Origin: Catajapyx aquilonaris
Taxonomy: Eukaryota
Length of the DNA stretch: 64,000 nucleotides
Direction of reading: 5' to 3'
Assembly (NCBI GenBank): GCA_000934665.2
Contig: KZ538497.1
Location: forward strand, 1 to 64,000
Shown here piece by piece: positions 37,901 to 52,900 of this stretch. The notes beneath the pieces were generated by a model, which had not been told where the DNA came from, ran no database searches, and worked only from the letters and a program-made list of their open reading frames with translations. The translations under genes and the position numbers were made by a program. Numbering within the stretch: the first letter of the stretch is position 1; every line of letters starts with the position of its first letter.

Positions 37901-40798
37901 CGACACCTTACGCATTAATCATTCAAGGTAACACTTGCATTTTAAATTAAATTAAAGGGTACCACACTTACAGTACTTAGAAGTACTCATGTTCAACCAA
38001 AGTTTTGAATTTATTTTTTAAAGCAATTTAAACTCTGGTCAGAACTATTACAGTCACATTTAGTTGGAAATTGAGCATTGCATTAGTACTCTGATCGTCG
38101 AGTCACATTTCAGATTAATAAAATTATAATCCTCCGGAGAAATCTGTTTACAAAATCCAATATGGAATGTTGCAAACTTCAAATTCTAAACCTTCATATT
38201 TCGAAACCAGTCTTACATAACTGGATAGTTCTGCTTTTCAGGTCTTCGCATGTTACAACTTTATTGCGAAGTGATTAGTGCTGCGAAATTGAGAAAGATT
38301 TTTACCATAAGTGTATACAAATATTTTTAGTAACTTCATTGGGAAATTATAGGCCAAGAGATTTCAGCAATGCCATATGTACCATAAAGATAAAGAGAAG
38401 GAAAATTCAAATTATGTAACTTTTTTTATTACATGAACTGTAAGCTTATAAAAGCTCGCAATTAATTTTTTTTTGTACAGTTGAGCCTTCCCTTATTGTT
38501 TCGGAGAAACTAATTCATCATAACCAGATCCGTTGCTAACCAACTAATCATATCTATATCTATAGCAACCAGAAAATTCACCCTACACAATTTACTGGCC
38601 GACTCTTTTGGTTATTGTAAAGTTCTACAGTATCTACACGCATTTCTATGAATTCGCATAGCCTCGTCTATTTATACCACAACAACACCCTGGTCCGCAC
38701 GCTCAATCTGGTCCGTTATAATTATAATAACTGGAGGCTATATGTGCACTTTGAATATTGCGTTCGGCCGGGATTAATAGCGGCTTTGCATGCATCGTGC
38801 TATCCCAGTGCGCTTGTATAACACACACCGTATAGTGTAGTTTTTGCCTCGTGTCAAGGTTACCCATGCAAATTAGAGCGCTCCAGTTTAAATATATTGG
38901 ACTCCGTGTAGGCGTGAGAGCGGAAATGAGTCGAGTCTGCAAAGTGAGACTTCATTGCTGCGCAGCTCATACTAGGTGCCAGAAACAGTTTATTAACGTT
39001 TTTAAAACTGTTGCTTAATTTGCCCATCAGGATTTCGCCTCCTAAAAAATATAAGCGTTGGGGTTGCCGTGTGTGTCTAGGAGCACCCAAACTTTAGTGT
39101 GGTCCATATAGCAGGTCAGAGAGGTCACAATAATGTTGTACATGGTGGCTGCTTGGAAGGAAAGGAAAAGGACATGGTGTGTCAGGGTGGTAAGGGGGCA
39201 GAGGACATGCCGTCCTTCCCTCTGACCATTAGCCCCACTTTGCGGCTAATTCCGTCCAGCCCAAGCCTGGACCCCCCCCCCCCCCCCATATCCTACCTGC
39301 TACTCTCCATTTATTTCCCTCGAGTGCAACGGACACTTCGTCACAGACACTTCTTACTCCATTTTTCAACCCGCTTTTAACCTCGCATCTACATACATGT
39401 CTGTTCAACTGCTAGACACAGGTCAACTCGGATCAGAAGTATTATACCTTCACATTTTTTTGGCAAGTTCAGAATATCAGTTATACCTCGACTAATTACC
39501 AAGTTGTTGTCCAGCACTTGAGTCGTAATTGGTGCGAGAATAGCCTGTTGTGATGAAAGCCTGTAACGATTGATCCAGAGTTTTTTTTTCAACATTACTG
39601 CAATTTCCCCCCCTGCCAAGTACGCAGCCCACGTACGTACTACACACGCCCCAGATATTTTTCAAGCGACATACAGTTCACTGCACACTACAAAAATAGC
39701 ACGCACAATTCATAATCGCGTAACCGAATTTTTTGTGTGTGCAAGTTTTCGGTATATGAGTCGTAGTTAGTATTTTCCTCCAGATATATAAAAAAAACGA
39801 CGCTGATCAGCTTCCCCCAACGAAAATTGGTTTATCACAAAAGACATGCTCACTCTTCCGTCCTTCCGATGATGGAGTAGAGTGTGTACGACGGAGGCCG
39901 TCGAGTGGCGTCGGTGACGACCAACGATGATATAGCCCCTCGAGTTATGAACTGCCGGCATGAAAATGTGAATCTGCTCTATATCCACCTGCCAAGTGTG
40001 CGGAAATGAACCGACCCAATAACCTCCCGCCAAGTATAAGGTCACGTTATTCTTTCTTTTTTCTTTTTAAAAAAAAGAAGAAAAGACTTTTTTTTTAAAA
40101 AAAAAAAGCACCCACTATTTTTTTTTTCTTTCGAAAGTGAGCAGCTCGAGTCGCCATAAAACATGTCAGAACGACTCTTTCGGCCCGTGCTTTACAGCTA
40201 CTTTTTTTTTCCACCCCCTTCTTACTTTTCTCTCTTTTCGTGCTCGGCTCATTAATGCCTTCCAATGGCGGCTGTTTTATGACAGCCCTCCTCCTCCCTT
40301 TTGTTTTTGGCCAATACGAAAAGTAATATTCGTGTCTGAAAATCTTCTGCCTGCTCTCTTTATACGGATCGTCTTTTCCACTGGGTGAACGACTACAAAG
40401 GGAAAAGAATATATACATGTACCCGAGGTAATTGGCGACAAGGTTCAATCAACGATTGATATGAAAGTCGGTCCTTATTGGGGGACTTGCCTCTGTTCGC
40501 AGGCTTTTATTCCTTAAATTAAATGAGCGACAGAAACGAGAGCTAGTTATAAATTCTTGCCAGGTTAACTGGGGTGCAACATTGCCAAGTTAACAGTGGG
40601 TCATTTCAGTGAAGATGGCCATTGAGGAAGAGTTTGAGGGAAAAAGTTGGGGTTAATGAGTTGGGTTTATTTGTGAGGACGAGGAGTGTATAGCTATGGC
40701 TGCAGGTGGGTGGGCAGGGGTGGGAGGACGGGGATGGTTTTTGCGGGGCGTCGCTGGCGTCGCAGGCCCAAAGGCAGCAGCAGAAGCAGCTTGCTAGC

Positions 40799-40804
40799 TC
40801 AGTG
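40799..40804 (+). promoter_or_regulatory. Initiator-like TCAGT in a GC-rich patch ~155 nt upstream of the ATG at 40957
   Basis: Arthropod Inr consensus match; position is consistent with a transcription start for the downstream gene. Confidence 0.35.
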
Positions 40805-40956
40805 TGGTCGGCGGCGGCGACGGTGACGAATCACAAAATACTCTCTCGATTGTATACGCGTGCGCTCAATTAGTGGTGTGGCCATCAGTGCAACGCAAAA
40901 GCTGGAGTTTCGGGTCATGAGCTGACCTCCTCTCTTCTGGTTTTCGGCGGGCTATC

Positions 40957-43900
40957 ATGGCTTGGCCCCAGTCCGCCCACCAAGCACCCCCGCCCAACCA
41001 GACAGCGCCCCTGGCCCTCGCCTGTCCATTCCTCCTCCTCCTCCTCACCACTCTTCTTCTGCTGGCGTCTTGTGGTGAGTTCTGATTCACCCTGTGCACT
41101 TCCCCGGAGAGAGAGAAAAATATAGCAATGCTGTTGACATGTGCGAATGGAACTACACAAAAGAGTGTTGCCAGTGCGTTACACTGCGACAGAAAAACAA
41201 CTTGTAGGGCAAAGTTGGATTTGACAAGGTTTCTACCGCGGGATATAAAGAGCTCACGGCGACATATGAAAACTTTTTGATCGGAATTGAGTTAGACGTT
41301 GCTTAATATAGTCGTGGGCAGATCACTTTTTTTGATACGCAAAATTACAGTCCTCCATAGGGAAAAAATGTTACATAAGAAATAATGCAAAAACTAAAAA
41401 GTGTCATATTTCAAAATCAATCAAATGTGACAGATCGCTCTGAATTTCATATTCATGTCAATTAGCGAAATGCACCCACGCTTGTAAAGTTCTGGCGGTT
41501 CACTGTTTGCTAAACAAAGTAATCAACAACAATTATTATTGAATTGCGGGCTTAACTTAATATTAATGCCTTTAAACTGCGGTTACAGCGTAATTTCCAG
41601 TTAAACTGCGGAGAAAAAATGCGAAAAAAGCGGAATTTCAGATTATCCAGATCGCAAAGCGGATTGTCTAATGTGGAAATAGTTTCGATAAGTTTACTCC
41701 GTATTCGCGTCGGTTTTCTCGGGGTTCTCCAGCTTCCTCCCGCTGTCTAAATCTGTTCGAGGAGTCATGGAATAAAGTCCGATGCTTATCGGTTTTACGA
41801 TCGAAAATTAAGGGAAAGCCACAAATTTCCGCCAGATATTTTTAAAAAATGCTATTTTAGAGTGTTTCTTTTTTTAATTCAAACTTATAAAAGCGGCCAT
41901 AAAAGGCCCCAAATGATGACCTATGTTATTAGTAAATCAAAATCGTGGCCTAATTTTTTTAAACGTTAAATTTGTCTGACATAATTTAAACGAAGGAAAA
42001 ACATTCCCAAGGTTTATCGACGCAATTAATATTTAATAGCTAATGTCCTCCTAAATCCGGGGCGATAAATAAATGTGCTTTAGTGATTTCACACATTTTA
42101 AAAGTGTTCGTTCAAGATGTACATTTAAATGAATGCAAGTACACATGTGTGTATGGGTGTCAGCATCTGGTCTGTGAAGCGTGGTAATCATGTGTTTGAT
42201 CAAGAAGTTTGCCGGATTTTTTTTAAACACCTTGTAATCACACTGGGAGGTAAAATTTGTCGGAACGTAAATATTTATTGTTATTTTTATTAAAGGTTCA
42301 AAAACACATAAATGACAAAAAATTTATTGTCAGTATAGGCGTGTGACAATTATGGAATTTCCATTGAATAAATATATACTGTTGGCCTGCATGAATTATG
42401 TCAATATTATTATTGAACACTTGAATAACAGAGTAAAAATAATTTTGCTAGAAAATTACAATGCAACTTATAGCCCCTGTGCGTCATTTTTTGACTCGAC
42501 ATAACTATTAAAATATATTCAAATGTGGAACTATATTTAGCTGACCTTGTAAAGTGTTCCGGCCTAATTCTGTAGGAAATGTATAACTGTGCTGCATGTA
42601 CTGCGCAATAATATTATGAGAGTACCACTTTGATGATGAACGCATAGCAATTTAGCGGATCTCTCCAAACTGTACTATTTCAAAAGCATATTCTCATTAA
42701 TGTAACTCAGAATTTGTTGCATCTGAAAACACACATTATTTTGAGTTGTTACTGCACTTGGGCTATTGAAATAACAGTTTTCGGCGAAAATGTCTAAGTT
42801 CTTGGAGTTATTACTCATTAATTTTGGTTTGCGCGGATGTGTAGAAAAATGGGTTTGAAATTCTACACTATATGGATCCTAAAGCTGTGGTGAATTTAAA
42901 ATATTTCACGTGCAGGATTCTGTAAAACTTTGGGGAGTATATACTGCATCGTACTGCATATATACGCGCCGAAAAGAGGGAAATAAATTGGCCCATTCCG
43001 CATGAAAAACTTAATTACGAGCCGTTTGTATGGATTAGAACAATAGGATAATCACGTTTTAGTGGGTTAAAAAATCGGCATGTCAGTTTTATCACTTTAA
43101 ATAATTGAGAAGCAATTGGATTCTGTACTTGTTCCAAATCTATATCGCCGGTTAATGCCTATGGTTTGCATTTATCGGCTGTGACGCAGTTATATGACGC
43201 ATTTTAACCGAAAGGCAAATATTATTTTTCGATGCTAATAACATTAGTCCTGCATGTTTTTTTGCCATGCAAAAACCTGCACAACAGCCATTGTAAAAGA
43301 TGCTATTTCTACCGGCTGAAAAGCCATAAAAGAGTCGTTCACTTGTAAGGCTACTCTCATCAAGTATATAGGGAAGGGGGAAAAAATGCACCGTCTTTTG
43401 ACGCAGTGTAAATTCGTTTTTCTCACAGAAAAGGTCGGTGCAGACGAAATGCCATTTATTTAATTCTTGGTGCAGCAATTGCTGTCCTTTCCCCCACACA
43501 ATTTGTTTAGCACAGAAAGGAATGTTCAGTACTATGCAAAGTGCCAAATCCAACTAAATGCTTTCCCCACCAGGCATTTTGCAAAAAATAGTTACCGCAT
43601 TTCTTAAAATTCAGTTTGAAGGCACTTTACAGCCGTTGCATCCACTCGCGGGAAGAATCCTGCAGCAGTTAAAGTAAGAGTTCCATTAACGCAGTGGTAC
43701 AGTGGCGCAATTTTTTTTTACATACACATGTAGGGACAGAATGATTACGCAAACAGCTATCTGTGCACTCTCCTCATTACCCGGGAAAAGCGCGCCTATA
43801 AAAATGCGTTTTAATGTGATTGTCCAGTTACAGTTTGCAACCAGCCTGAAATTGGATGCCCTGAAAAATTAAAATGTCCAAATGAGTTGACCAAAAATCT

Positions 43901-46900
43901 GGTGAATAATTTGGCCTCCTTTTTTTCACCCAACCTACGCCAAATATTGTCAGAGGCAGTGGTTTGACAAAAACCGAATTGCTGTCGCTTAAGCAGCACA
44001 AAATGTGTTTGCGTCCCCTTATATGATAATGCTAATGCAAATTTCCGGATGTTTACCGCCAAAGGTCGGTCCGGATTTAACCCGTGCCCTTAACCATCAG
44101 CAATGAGGATGCAAGAACCAAGCGGCGGTTAAGCACTGCATCCATTACTCCATGATTCCAAACAGCACCTACTGCTATTGCTCCCAGTGCAAAAAATTCC
44201 CATTTGCAAGATTGCAGCAGCTGTACCAAACCTGTGACGAACAAAATTGCAAGCTAAGCCTAAGGGAAGCCCATAATTCTTTTGCAGAATAGTGATCATT
44301 CAAAGTTGTATTTAAAATATTGGGCATATGAGACACATAATTTTACACCATTGTATGTAACCACGAATATGTCACGAGTCGGTGTAATTATCACACTTTT
44401 TTTAAGTTATTCCAAGACGTGTTGCTGGAACGTGTTGGCGGGAATCGAGCGGGCATTCCAGGCAAAGTTTCGCACTTTCTCCAGCAGCAAGACCCGTCTT
44501 TTCCACTCGGCTTTTAGCGAAGCATTTTCAGCGCGCAAAAATATTTACGGCTCTAAAGCCAGGACCTCTTGGAAGATGTTGGGGAGGAGAGGGGGGGTGG
44601 AGGAAAATGAAACGAGTCTCAAGCAACAGCCTCTAAGTTTATGAGAATGGAACGCTCGTCTAAATGCTCCCAGGAAAAACTTAAAACTGAGGGTAGAAAT
44701 AAAGGGGGTTTTGCTTCCTTTTTGTGTCACACTGGGTCTGCACCTGGCAATCCTGCTTGTTTACACGCAAATTTCAAGAGAAAAGTTGGTTGGGGCCAAA
44801 AGTGAGCGACCTAGTGTGCGTTTGTCACAATTTTGAACACTCGTGACAGCTGACAAGCAATCATGTTTCTCAACAAGTCATGAAGCCCTAATTGAAACGA
44901 AAATTGCGAATATTTAAGCTGGACATCTGGTTAAGCAGTAATGGCAATTAGTGTGTAATTTCATCAACAGGAAAAGTTGACAAATTTGCTTCCAGTCAAG
45001 CAAATTGAACAGATCACGTCGGGGTTCTAGAGACTGAAGAAGTGTGTGAAAAAAAAGACAGAAACTTTTTTGCGTATTTACGACTGTAGACCGAGTTTAT
45101 TTTATGTCCTTGCCAAGCGTCTCCTTGTTCTTCCTTCCCCTAGGAAAGTGTCGCGAGAAGCAGAGCAAACTTTGCTATCTCTACGTCCATCGCAGCCTTT
45201 TGAGCGCCGTAACTCGGCGATAAAATCCTCCATCCTTCTCAACACTTTGTCGACAAACGTTTTCGCCCCAAGGCTACCTTATACCTAACACCCCCCCTTC
45301 TCCACCTTACCCCCCACAAAAAAAACCTCATCCATGGAGCCATCCTGGCATTGCAATCCCCACCTTTTTTTCCCCCCCTCAACCAGCCAGAGGGAATTAT
45401 GTGTCTGAGGCTCACTCAATAAATGAGGTTCAAGGTTCATCAGATTTCACACCGGGATGCTGCGGGGGACCTCCTTTTTGATGATGCCGGGTCTGATCAA
45501 CAGCCGGGGTGATGCTGCATACAACGCGGACTCGGCATTTTTTGGCGGATGACCAATTAGCTGGAGGGTACAAAGAGAACCATTATTATCTGGACAGGGA
45601 TTGTGAAAGGAGGCCGTTTTTCATTGTACAAATGTTTGCACAAACTGCTGTTTTTAATGGGAAGTTGTGTTGAGGGAGACACTGTATGGGTGCTATACAT
45701 TTTGAATGAGTTACATGCAAAAAGTGCGGATGTTGTCAATTGGAGAGAAAAAAATGTCTTCTGATTGAGTCACTTCACCAACTCGAGCCTAAAGATAACG
45801 TTTGAGCCTATTATTCCGCATCATATTATATGCCTCACTATGACGCAATTTGAAAGCCAATACCAGACGTAGAAGTGGATAGCTGAGAGTTATTCTTGGT
45901 TTGCAAAAAAAAAATATCTGTTAATGACAGGGGGAGATCATGTTGAATTGCGCTGTAACAAATAGCGAAAGTGATATTGGCGGGTAAAAATGCAGGAGCC
46001 TCTAAGCAATGTTATACTAAATGCAACTGAAAGGTGGTATTACGCTATGTGCTAAAGTAGACTTCCGGCTAGGCTTTGTATACATACGACGACACTTTGA
46101 ATCGCTCAGTAACAGTTGTTTACACATCACAGTTGCTTATTTACCTTGGCCAGTAATTTTTGCAACAAATTTTCAGCAACAACTGCTGCTGCCTTCTCTC
46201 AAGCGCAAATGAATAACGGTCGCCTCAAACGGGGTTTTGCGAAGTGGTGTTGCCGTCCTTGTAACCTCGAGTGGTGCTTGTTCGTAAAAGGCTCAGCGGG
46301 AGGTAACACAGGGTGCTTTGTAATGATTCAGGCAAACTTCTAGCCAGGTGATTTCATGGGCATCATTCTATAACTTGGAATAGTCATTAGGTTTCCACAG
46401 AGAGAAAAATGGCTTCTCAAACAATCATAATAAAGGTATAAAATATCCTCCGCACGACCTTGCCTTTATATATGCTGTTCATTGTTTATTGTTATGAAAA
46501 TAATATTTGAGAAAAATAATTCATTGAGAAGTTTGTCGTAATCGTTTTGCGTCAACTTATGGCTCGATGATATGCACATTGTGTTATTTTGCACCATTGG
46601 TTGTATAAGAGGCGCTTTGAGTTATTTTGTAAGCATAACAACCTTCTGAACTTTTGATCTTGTGTCCCCCGAAGCACTTTGGAGCTCTAATAAGTAATAA
46701 TATTCTTGTAACTTGCGTCGATTTTGTTCCCACCAGTCTGTACCACACTGTATAATATGTAACTGGCTTATTATGGCACACTTTATTATTAGCTCGGGTG
46801 ATGAATGGCGATTGTACAAGCAATGCGAATCGGACACGACGCCACGTGTGACATTAGTCGATTATAGGGAGACCCGGACACTTTTTTTCCCCCCTCCTAG

Positions 46901-49900
46901 TTGTCAATCATATGGGAGGGTGACAATTTTTTGGCTGTAATGAGGTTACGATTACCTGTCAACAGCAAGCTACTCCGGTGATATTATATTCTCACGTGAA
47001 GTATCGTCTCACGCAGTAACATCCAATTTGGATAAAAATTACTGCTGCGTGTTAATGACAATAAGGCTGCAAGATTGGTCATATTTTATCTCCAGTGTGT
47101 ACTTACACCGTACATTGAACGCTTGTAAGAAGTACAGTAAGTTATGGTCTGTTATTACAGGCCTCCGAGTATTCCCAAGGGGCCACTGTCCTCATAGCTG
47201 GGGCATGTAAATAATTAAATAAATTAATTAATAATTTACACTATGTATGCGGGCGTGTCATGTGAAATGGTAAGGAAATGCCGCAAGTTGTTGCTTCCGG
47301 TTTCTACGTCATCGCTGGCTACTCCCGTGATAAATTAAAAATTAAAATAATCAGGAAATAAATGAATCAGTTCAGAAGAGTCGTTAAAGGTAATTAGTGA
47401 ATGAGACAAACCACTTTGGTTGTATAAGTGTCAAGGATATTAAACTCGAACCGCTCCGATGCATATAGCAAGGCCTTAGTAGGTTCATTGAGGCTCAAGT
47501 TAATTAACACCAGCCTAATTAATAAGTCAGTGCCAGAAGGTGCGGTTGCGAATAACAGCCCTAATCACACATACATTATAACAAGAGAAGGGAACGGAAA
47601 GCAAAAAGCATGCATCTGATTAATCGACAGCTAATTTCAGCAGAAGTGTGCCACACACACACAAAACTCGGGGTTCGAGTGAAGTGTTTGTCCGAATAAT
47701 CAAAACCTCTCTGGGCGGCTCATTATAATTGCCAATTGGAGCTCGAACGGAGCCGGAGAAGAAAAGGATTCGGTGATTGATCTTGATTTGTAACATGGGG
47801 GTCGGGAGAGGTCGCAAGAAGGGCGGAGTGGAGCAGAAGGTCAGGTCGCCTTGGGATAATAAGGGTCACGCGAAGGCTTTTTGGTCCTCGTAATTCACTC
47901 TGGCGAACCCCCCCTTTTTTATTCCCTTCTTCAGGCGAGAGCACAGAATAATAGCTATGGCGCGACACTTTGCAGCTTGCGGAGAAGGAAGTTGGGGGCA
48001 GAATTGGGGGTGTGACCCTTGGCCTCCTCAATAAGGCCGAACTTTATGACCTGGGGCCACCACACGCGACAGACATTCAGGCTCAGGCTCAACTCCACAC
48101 CTGAACTGGACATCTATGGATATGCCATACGATTTTGTTTCAAACATGTTGAAGAAGAAAAAAAAGGATCTATATGAATGTGTTTTTTTTCTTACAAACT
48201 TTTGAGATTTACACATTGAAAGTAGTTATTCCCCTAAGAGCAATCTGTGCGTGTCGACCCCCCTCCAAAAACTCTCTCATTCCCTCCCTCCCTCAAAAAA
48301 AAATAAAGGAACCAAGCTTCCGTTTGAGAATTTGCCTTGCTAAAATTTTGTCCCACTTTTCCGCTTTGTGTAGCCTCAAGATATGGGCCACGTTTCAGCC
48401 AAATTAGTTTTAACAATGCTGCTTGCTACCCGCTACTAAAATGTCTTGTATAATATTATGCAGTACTCGATTTTTATTCCATGTGAGTCGCTTATTCTTG
48501 TTGGAGTAAACCTCATTTTTTGCGGTAATTAATGGCGTCGTGTCACTTATTTTAGGCAGTAATCGCGCATTTTAATGGCGAATTAAAATTAGCGTGCGCA
48601 TTTTTTTGTTTTTAAAAAAAGGTTGCACGCAAGTAGTACCATCAATCAGAGGTAACTAGCATTTTTTTTCGAGTGGGTGAGGGGAGGTGTGGTTTGAGCC
48701 AAACTTCCTTGCAATCGCTTCATCAAGGTCTGCATAGTGCATTTGGCAGCTTATTACATGTACAGTATTAAACATGCACGTTACACAAAAAAAGAGGAAG
48801 ACTTCATATACGTCTCACGTCGCATTAAATGTCACGATATTGAGCTAATTGCAGTTCTGAAATCTTATATTCTGAAACAATGGAGCGGAAACTTGGAACT
48901 GCCAAATATGAAAATCGACTTACTGTACAAAAACCGTGCTTCATACAGACCTTGTTTAAAGTTTGCTGACTTTTACTGCAGTAAGATTCTACGGTTATTG
49001 CAAAAGTTTCATCGCACTCGACTGTCAAAAAAAACCCGGTTTGCGAAACGCAGCCATTCAATAAAAAATGAATATGAAAAATGACTTTTATGGGACTAAA
49101 ATAGAATAAGGTGCCAGTGAAGCCAACCTAAAATAAATGCGAATAGTTGACCTGTTCAGTGTCCTGCGAATGACCACAACATCTCCAGGGCCTGCGGGTA
49201 TTGACCAATTCGCGCCCGTCTGAATGGTCCTCGTCCAATGTTCTCCTTCTTCCCCCAGCATGTCATTCCCTATTCTTTCCTTCTGTGGAAGCGACGAAAA
49301 GGAGCCGCAGGAGAAGGACGGTAGAGCGAAACTAAGCGCAAGAAATGAATAATTTAAGTTTTTTTTTGCATTTTAATTTCCTGGGGCCCGTGTGTGCATC
49401 AGGCAGGTATGTCTGAGTTTTACGAGTGCTCGCCCAGGGTCGTAAAGAGGGGCCATGCCCTCTTGCCCGGACACCTGGATGGCTTTCCCCAGCCCTTATG
49501 GAGTCTCCCTATACGAGCCTATGCGGGAATTAGTGCTCTTACAACCTGCGTAGTAGTACATCTCGTCTGCCTTTCCAAGAGACCACCACTCGCATTCATT
49601 CTTCCTTCTCTTGTTCTTTCTACACACACCAACTGCATTACACCCCCCCCCCTTTTCTCTTACTGCTCCTTTCTCTCTCTCCTTTTTTTTGTTATCCGGA
49701 AGCACACAATCGCCTCGGAATGTCCGGAACAATAGTGGGCCCAGACCTATACAATATAGCCCATCTGCGAATTCTTGACGCGCACTACATTCTTCCTTTT
49801 GNGGGGGGGGGGGGGGGCAATTTGTAGACATTACCTTGACGAAATCGGTTATGCAAGAGATATGTTATTGACTGCGTTTGCGATGAATTCTGAGGAGCTG

Positions 49901-52900
49901 CAAAATTGACCCGCTGGAAGAGTACGATAGGTCCTATAGCCTACATTTTGCAAACCCATGCAAAAAAAACAGTGCTGATTTTTAAATGAATTTTGGTGCT
50001 TTTTGCTTGAAGAAATACGTATTCGTTTTCGAGCTATGACGTCACTGTGGCTCAACAGATCGGTGCAGAGGTAGGAACGCACCCTGCTTTGTTCCTTTGT
50101 TTATTTGCTTTGTTGGCACGCCTACCAACCGAATCTAACGACCGCCAGTAGAGCAGGTGATTCGGTCTGATGACGTCACTGCCGTTAGGCAGGAGCAGGA
50201 ATGCGCCCTTTAGGCCACGCCCACTTTGTTCCCGCCAATTTGAGAGTGACTTTTAAACCCACGATAATTTCTCGAAGAATGACATTGAGTATGGAATGCT
50301 TGTTGACATGTATGGTTGAGCTATTTGCGTGCCCAAATCAAATCCAACACTTTGATATAATGAGAAAAAAATCAATCTCTTTTGACACCCTGTACATTTT
50401 GTCATCTTTATCTTCTCAGTATGTGGCAGCGGTATGGTAGAGGGCCAGGAGACTTCTGTCTCTTCAACGAAGGAAAACACCTGCGCCAAGAACAGACTCC
50501 TGGGCTGCATGAGAGAGCTGCATGCTCTCACATCCGACCAGAAGCTGGCCTTTGCAGCCTCCGAAGAGGAGCTCGACACTGTCTGCGGGTATGATCACAT
50601 TGTAATAATTATAATCCTATAGGGAAAAAAAGGCTTTCAAAGTCTCTCGAACTTTGCATAGTTCTCATCTGATGGGGCTGCCTTGAAGAATGTTCAGGAA
50701 TACATCACCGATTCTCAACGCCCCATTAACGGTATATTGGATTTCCGGAATAGGTTCATTACTGCAGCACATTGTCATGCCTGCAGTGCATACACGCTCA
50801 GAAAAATTTGGAAGGGGCCACTTATCCTACTAATGTGGACATGGTGTGGTTATGTGTATATAGGGAACACGATCATGCAGAGCGGGTTTCGTGCCTGCAG
50901 AACCTGTCCCAAATTTTTGTAGGATTTCAAGCTTGCCGTGTCCAAAGGAAAATCCTTCCGCCTAATAGTACAGCGTACAATTTCTTACCAGACACCAAAT
51001 TGTAGCACATGTCTTGCTCTGACAAGAAAATGCGGCGGACATGAAGTTTATCCGTTGTGCCGGACCATTAATCAGAGTTTGCCACCAGTTATTTGTCAGG
51101 TTGTAGTTAGGTGGTCCGACGAGAAAGAGTTGTTTTGATCTGGAGGAACACAAGGACCCATGGTATTACGATGTGGGGGGCAAATGAGAGATGGAGATTT
51201 GATCCGGGATAAGTGTCGACAGCACTCGGGTTCACAGTTTGGGAGGAGGGATCTGGACCCATCCCGATGCCATCATCTGGACTCAAGATGGATGGTCCAA
51301 AAGGCTACAAAAAAAACCGGGGACTATGTGTACATTACTCTGAACAGCAGGACAGGAAGTTATAGCCCCCTTTTTTTGTAGCCAGAGGTCAGCTTCATTC
51401 ACAGGGGTTGCCAAAAAAAGGATCACTGTGTTGTTTATTGTTGAAAGCTTGCTTTTCTAGCTTGAAAATGTTTCCTGGCAAAGCATCCCCGAGCAAACTT
51501 TGTCAGTTTTGGGCGGGCGGGTTCAAAACGGTAATAATTGTAACGAGAGTTTTGGAGCCAAAGTTCGCACATATCCTTCTTTCCCTGGTGCACTATTTTC
51601 CATTCCGGCTGCAAACCCGCGATAATGCTACTCCTGAGAGTAAAATCCATAACTATTCTTGAATAATTCAGCATTTTGCAAGTCGCGGGATGCCAAGGAA
51701 ACCCTTCCCGCCCCCCCCTTCGTATCGAAACCAGAATAATTCACAGGTACTTACACCTCATCTCCCCCCCGCTTATTTATTATTCGTCCATTGCCACTTA
51801 TACTCCCATGAAAGCCGTTCAAATAATCGAGCCTTGTGCTAATAATAATAAGAATCGCTTTAAGCCGTCCATGATTTAGTAGACAAGTGCTCTTGTGTGC
51901 AAGCCAGATAATGCCAAACGGTCTCATTACCCTTGCTTTTTCGGGCATCATACAATAGGGGCTTGCCACCTATGCCCTTTAACAGCTTTCAAAAGAAGGA
52001 TTAGTTGCACTTCACCAGTGACCTTTGACCTCCATTTTCAATGTGTGTTAGATTCCTCCGCCCAACCTTTTATCCCCAAGTTGGACCTAGAGGAGTAGGA
52101 CAGAAAAGGATATTATAGAGATGATGTCTCTCCCTCATGAAAGGATATATTTTTGAGATTTGGGGAGCCCTAGGAGTTGGGCATTAGGAAAGGCGCACTA
52201 TCGATCTTCATTAGGAAGTGGGACCCCCTAGCGATTAATCAGAGGAACAAAAGGCGCATTAATTTCCTCCGTCTCATTTGCCTCTGGATTTCGGGAGCGA
52301 TGAGGAGCCGAGTTCGAGAGAGAGAAGGAGAAAGAGAAAAGAGAATTGTTGCCCCGAATAATATTGTGCATGTACAGGGTGACTTCAAAACATTGGCTGC
52401 TATTCCCCTCCAAAAAAATGTTTCGGACAAACTGTTGTCATGTACTGTCCGAAACATTTTTTGGGGGAGACTAAGTTGCATGTAGTTGACAAGTGTGCGT
52501 CATATGCAGGACTCTGAGAGGAGGCATCGACTGCGTGGAGTCGTTCGTGCGCCGATGCTTCTCGCCGAAGCAGCGCAAGAAATATCAGCACATCATCGGC
52601 AGCACTCTCGACGTCATCGAGGACCTGTGTCAACAGGGACCTTTCCGAGCCAGTGAGTCTCTCTTGCCACTCTTTCCCCATCGACCTGCACAAGGACACC
52701 CTCCACTCAACCTCTCTGTATAAGTCCTGAGGAGTAGTCCTTTCTCCCGGTCCACATTCGTGTCAATGTCTATTGATCTCTTACGGACCCTTCCACCCCC
52801 TGGGACTTGATGAATGAATAACAGGAGGAAGAAAAACACAAGCTCGTCACGAATTCAAACAGCTGGTTTAACCAAAAGGAGTACACGACGTTGCATTAAC

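Noticed and set aside
49260..49320. Possible alternative phase-1 exon (MSFPILSFCGSDEKEPQEKD) for the long Cys-rich gene
   Set aside because: Weak donor (gtagag) and no signal-peptide character; chance is likely.
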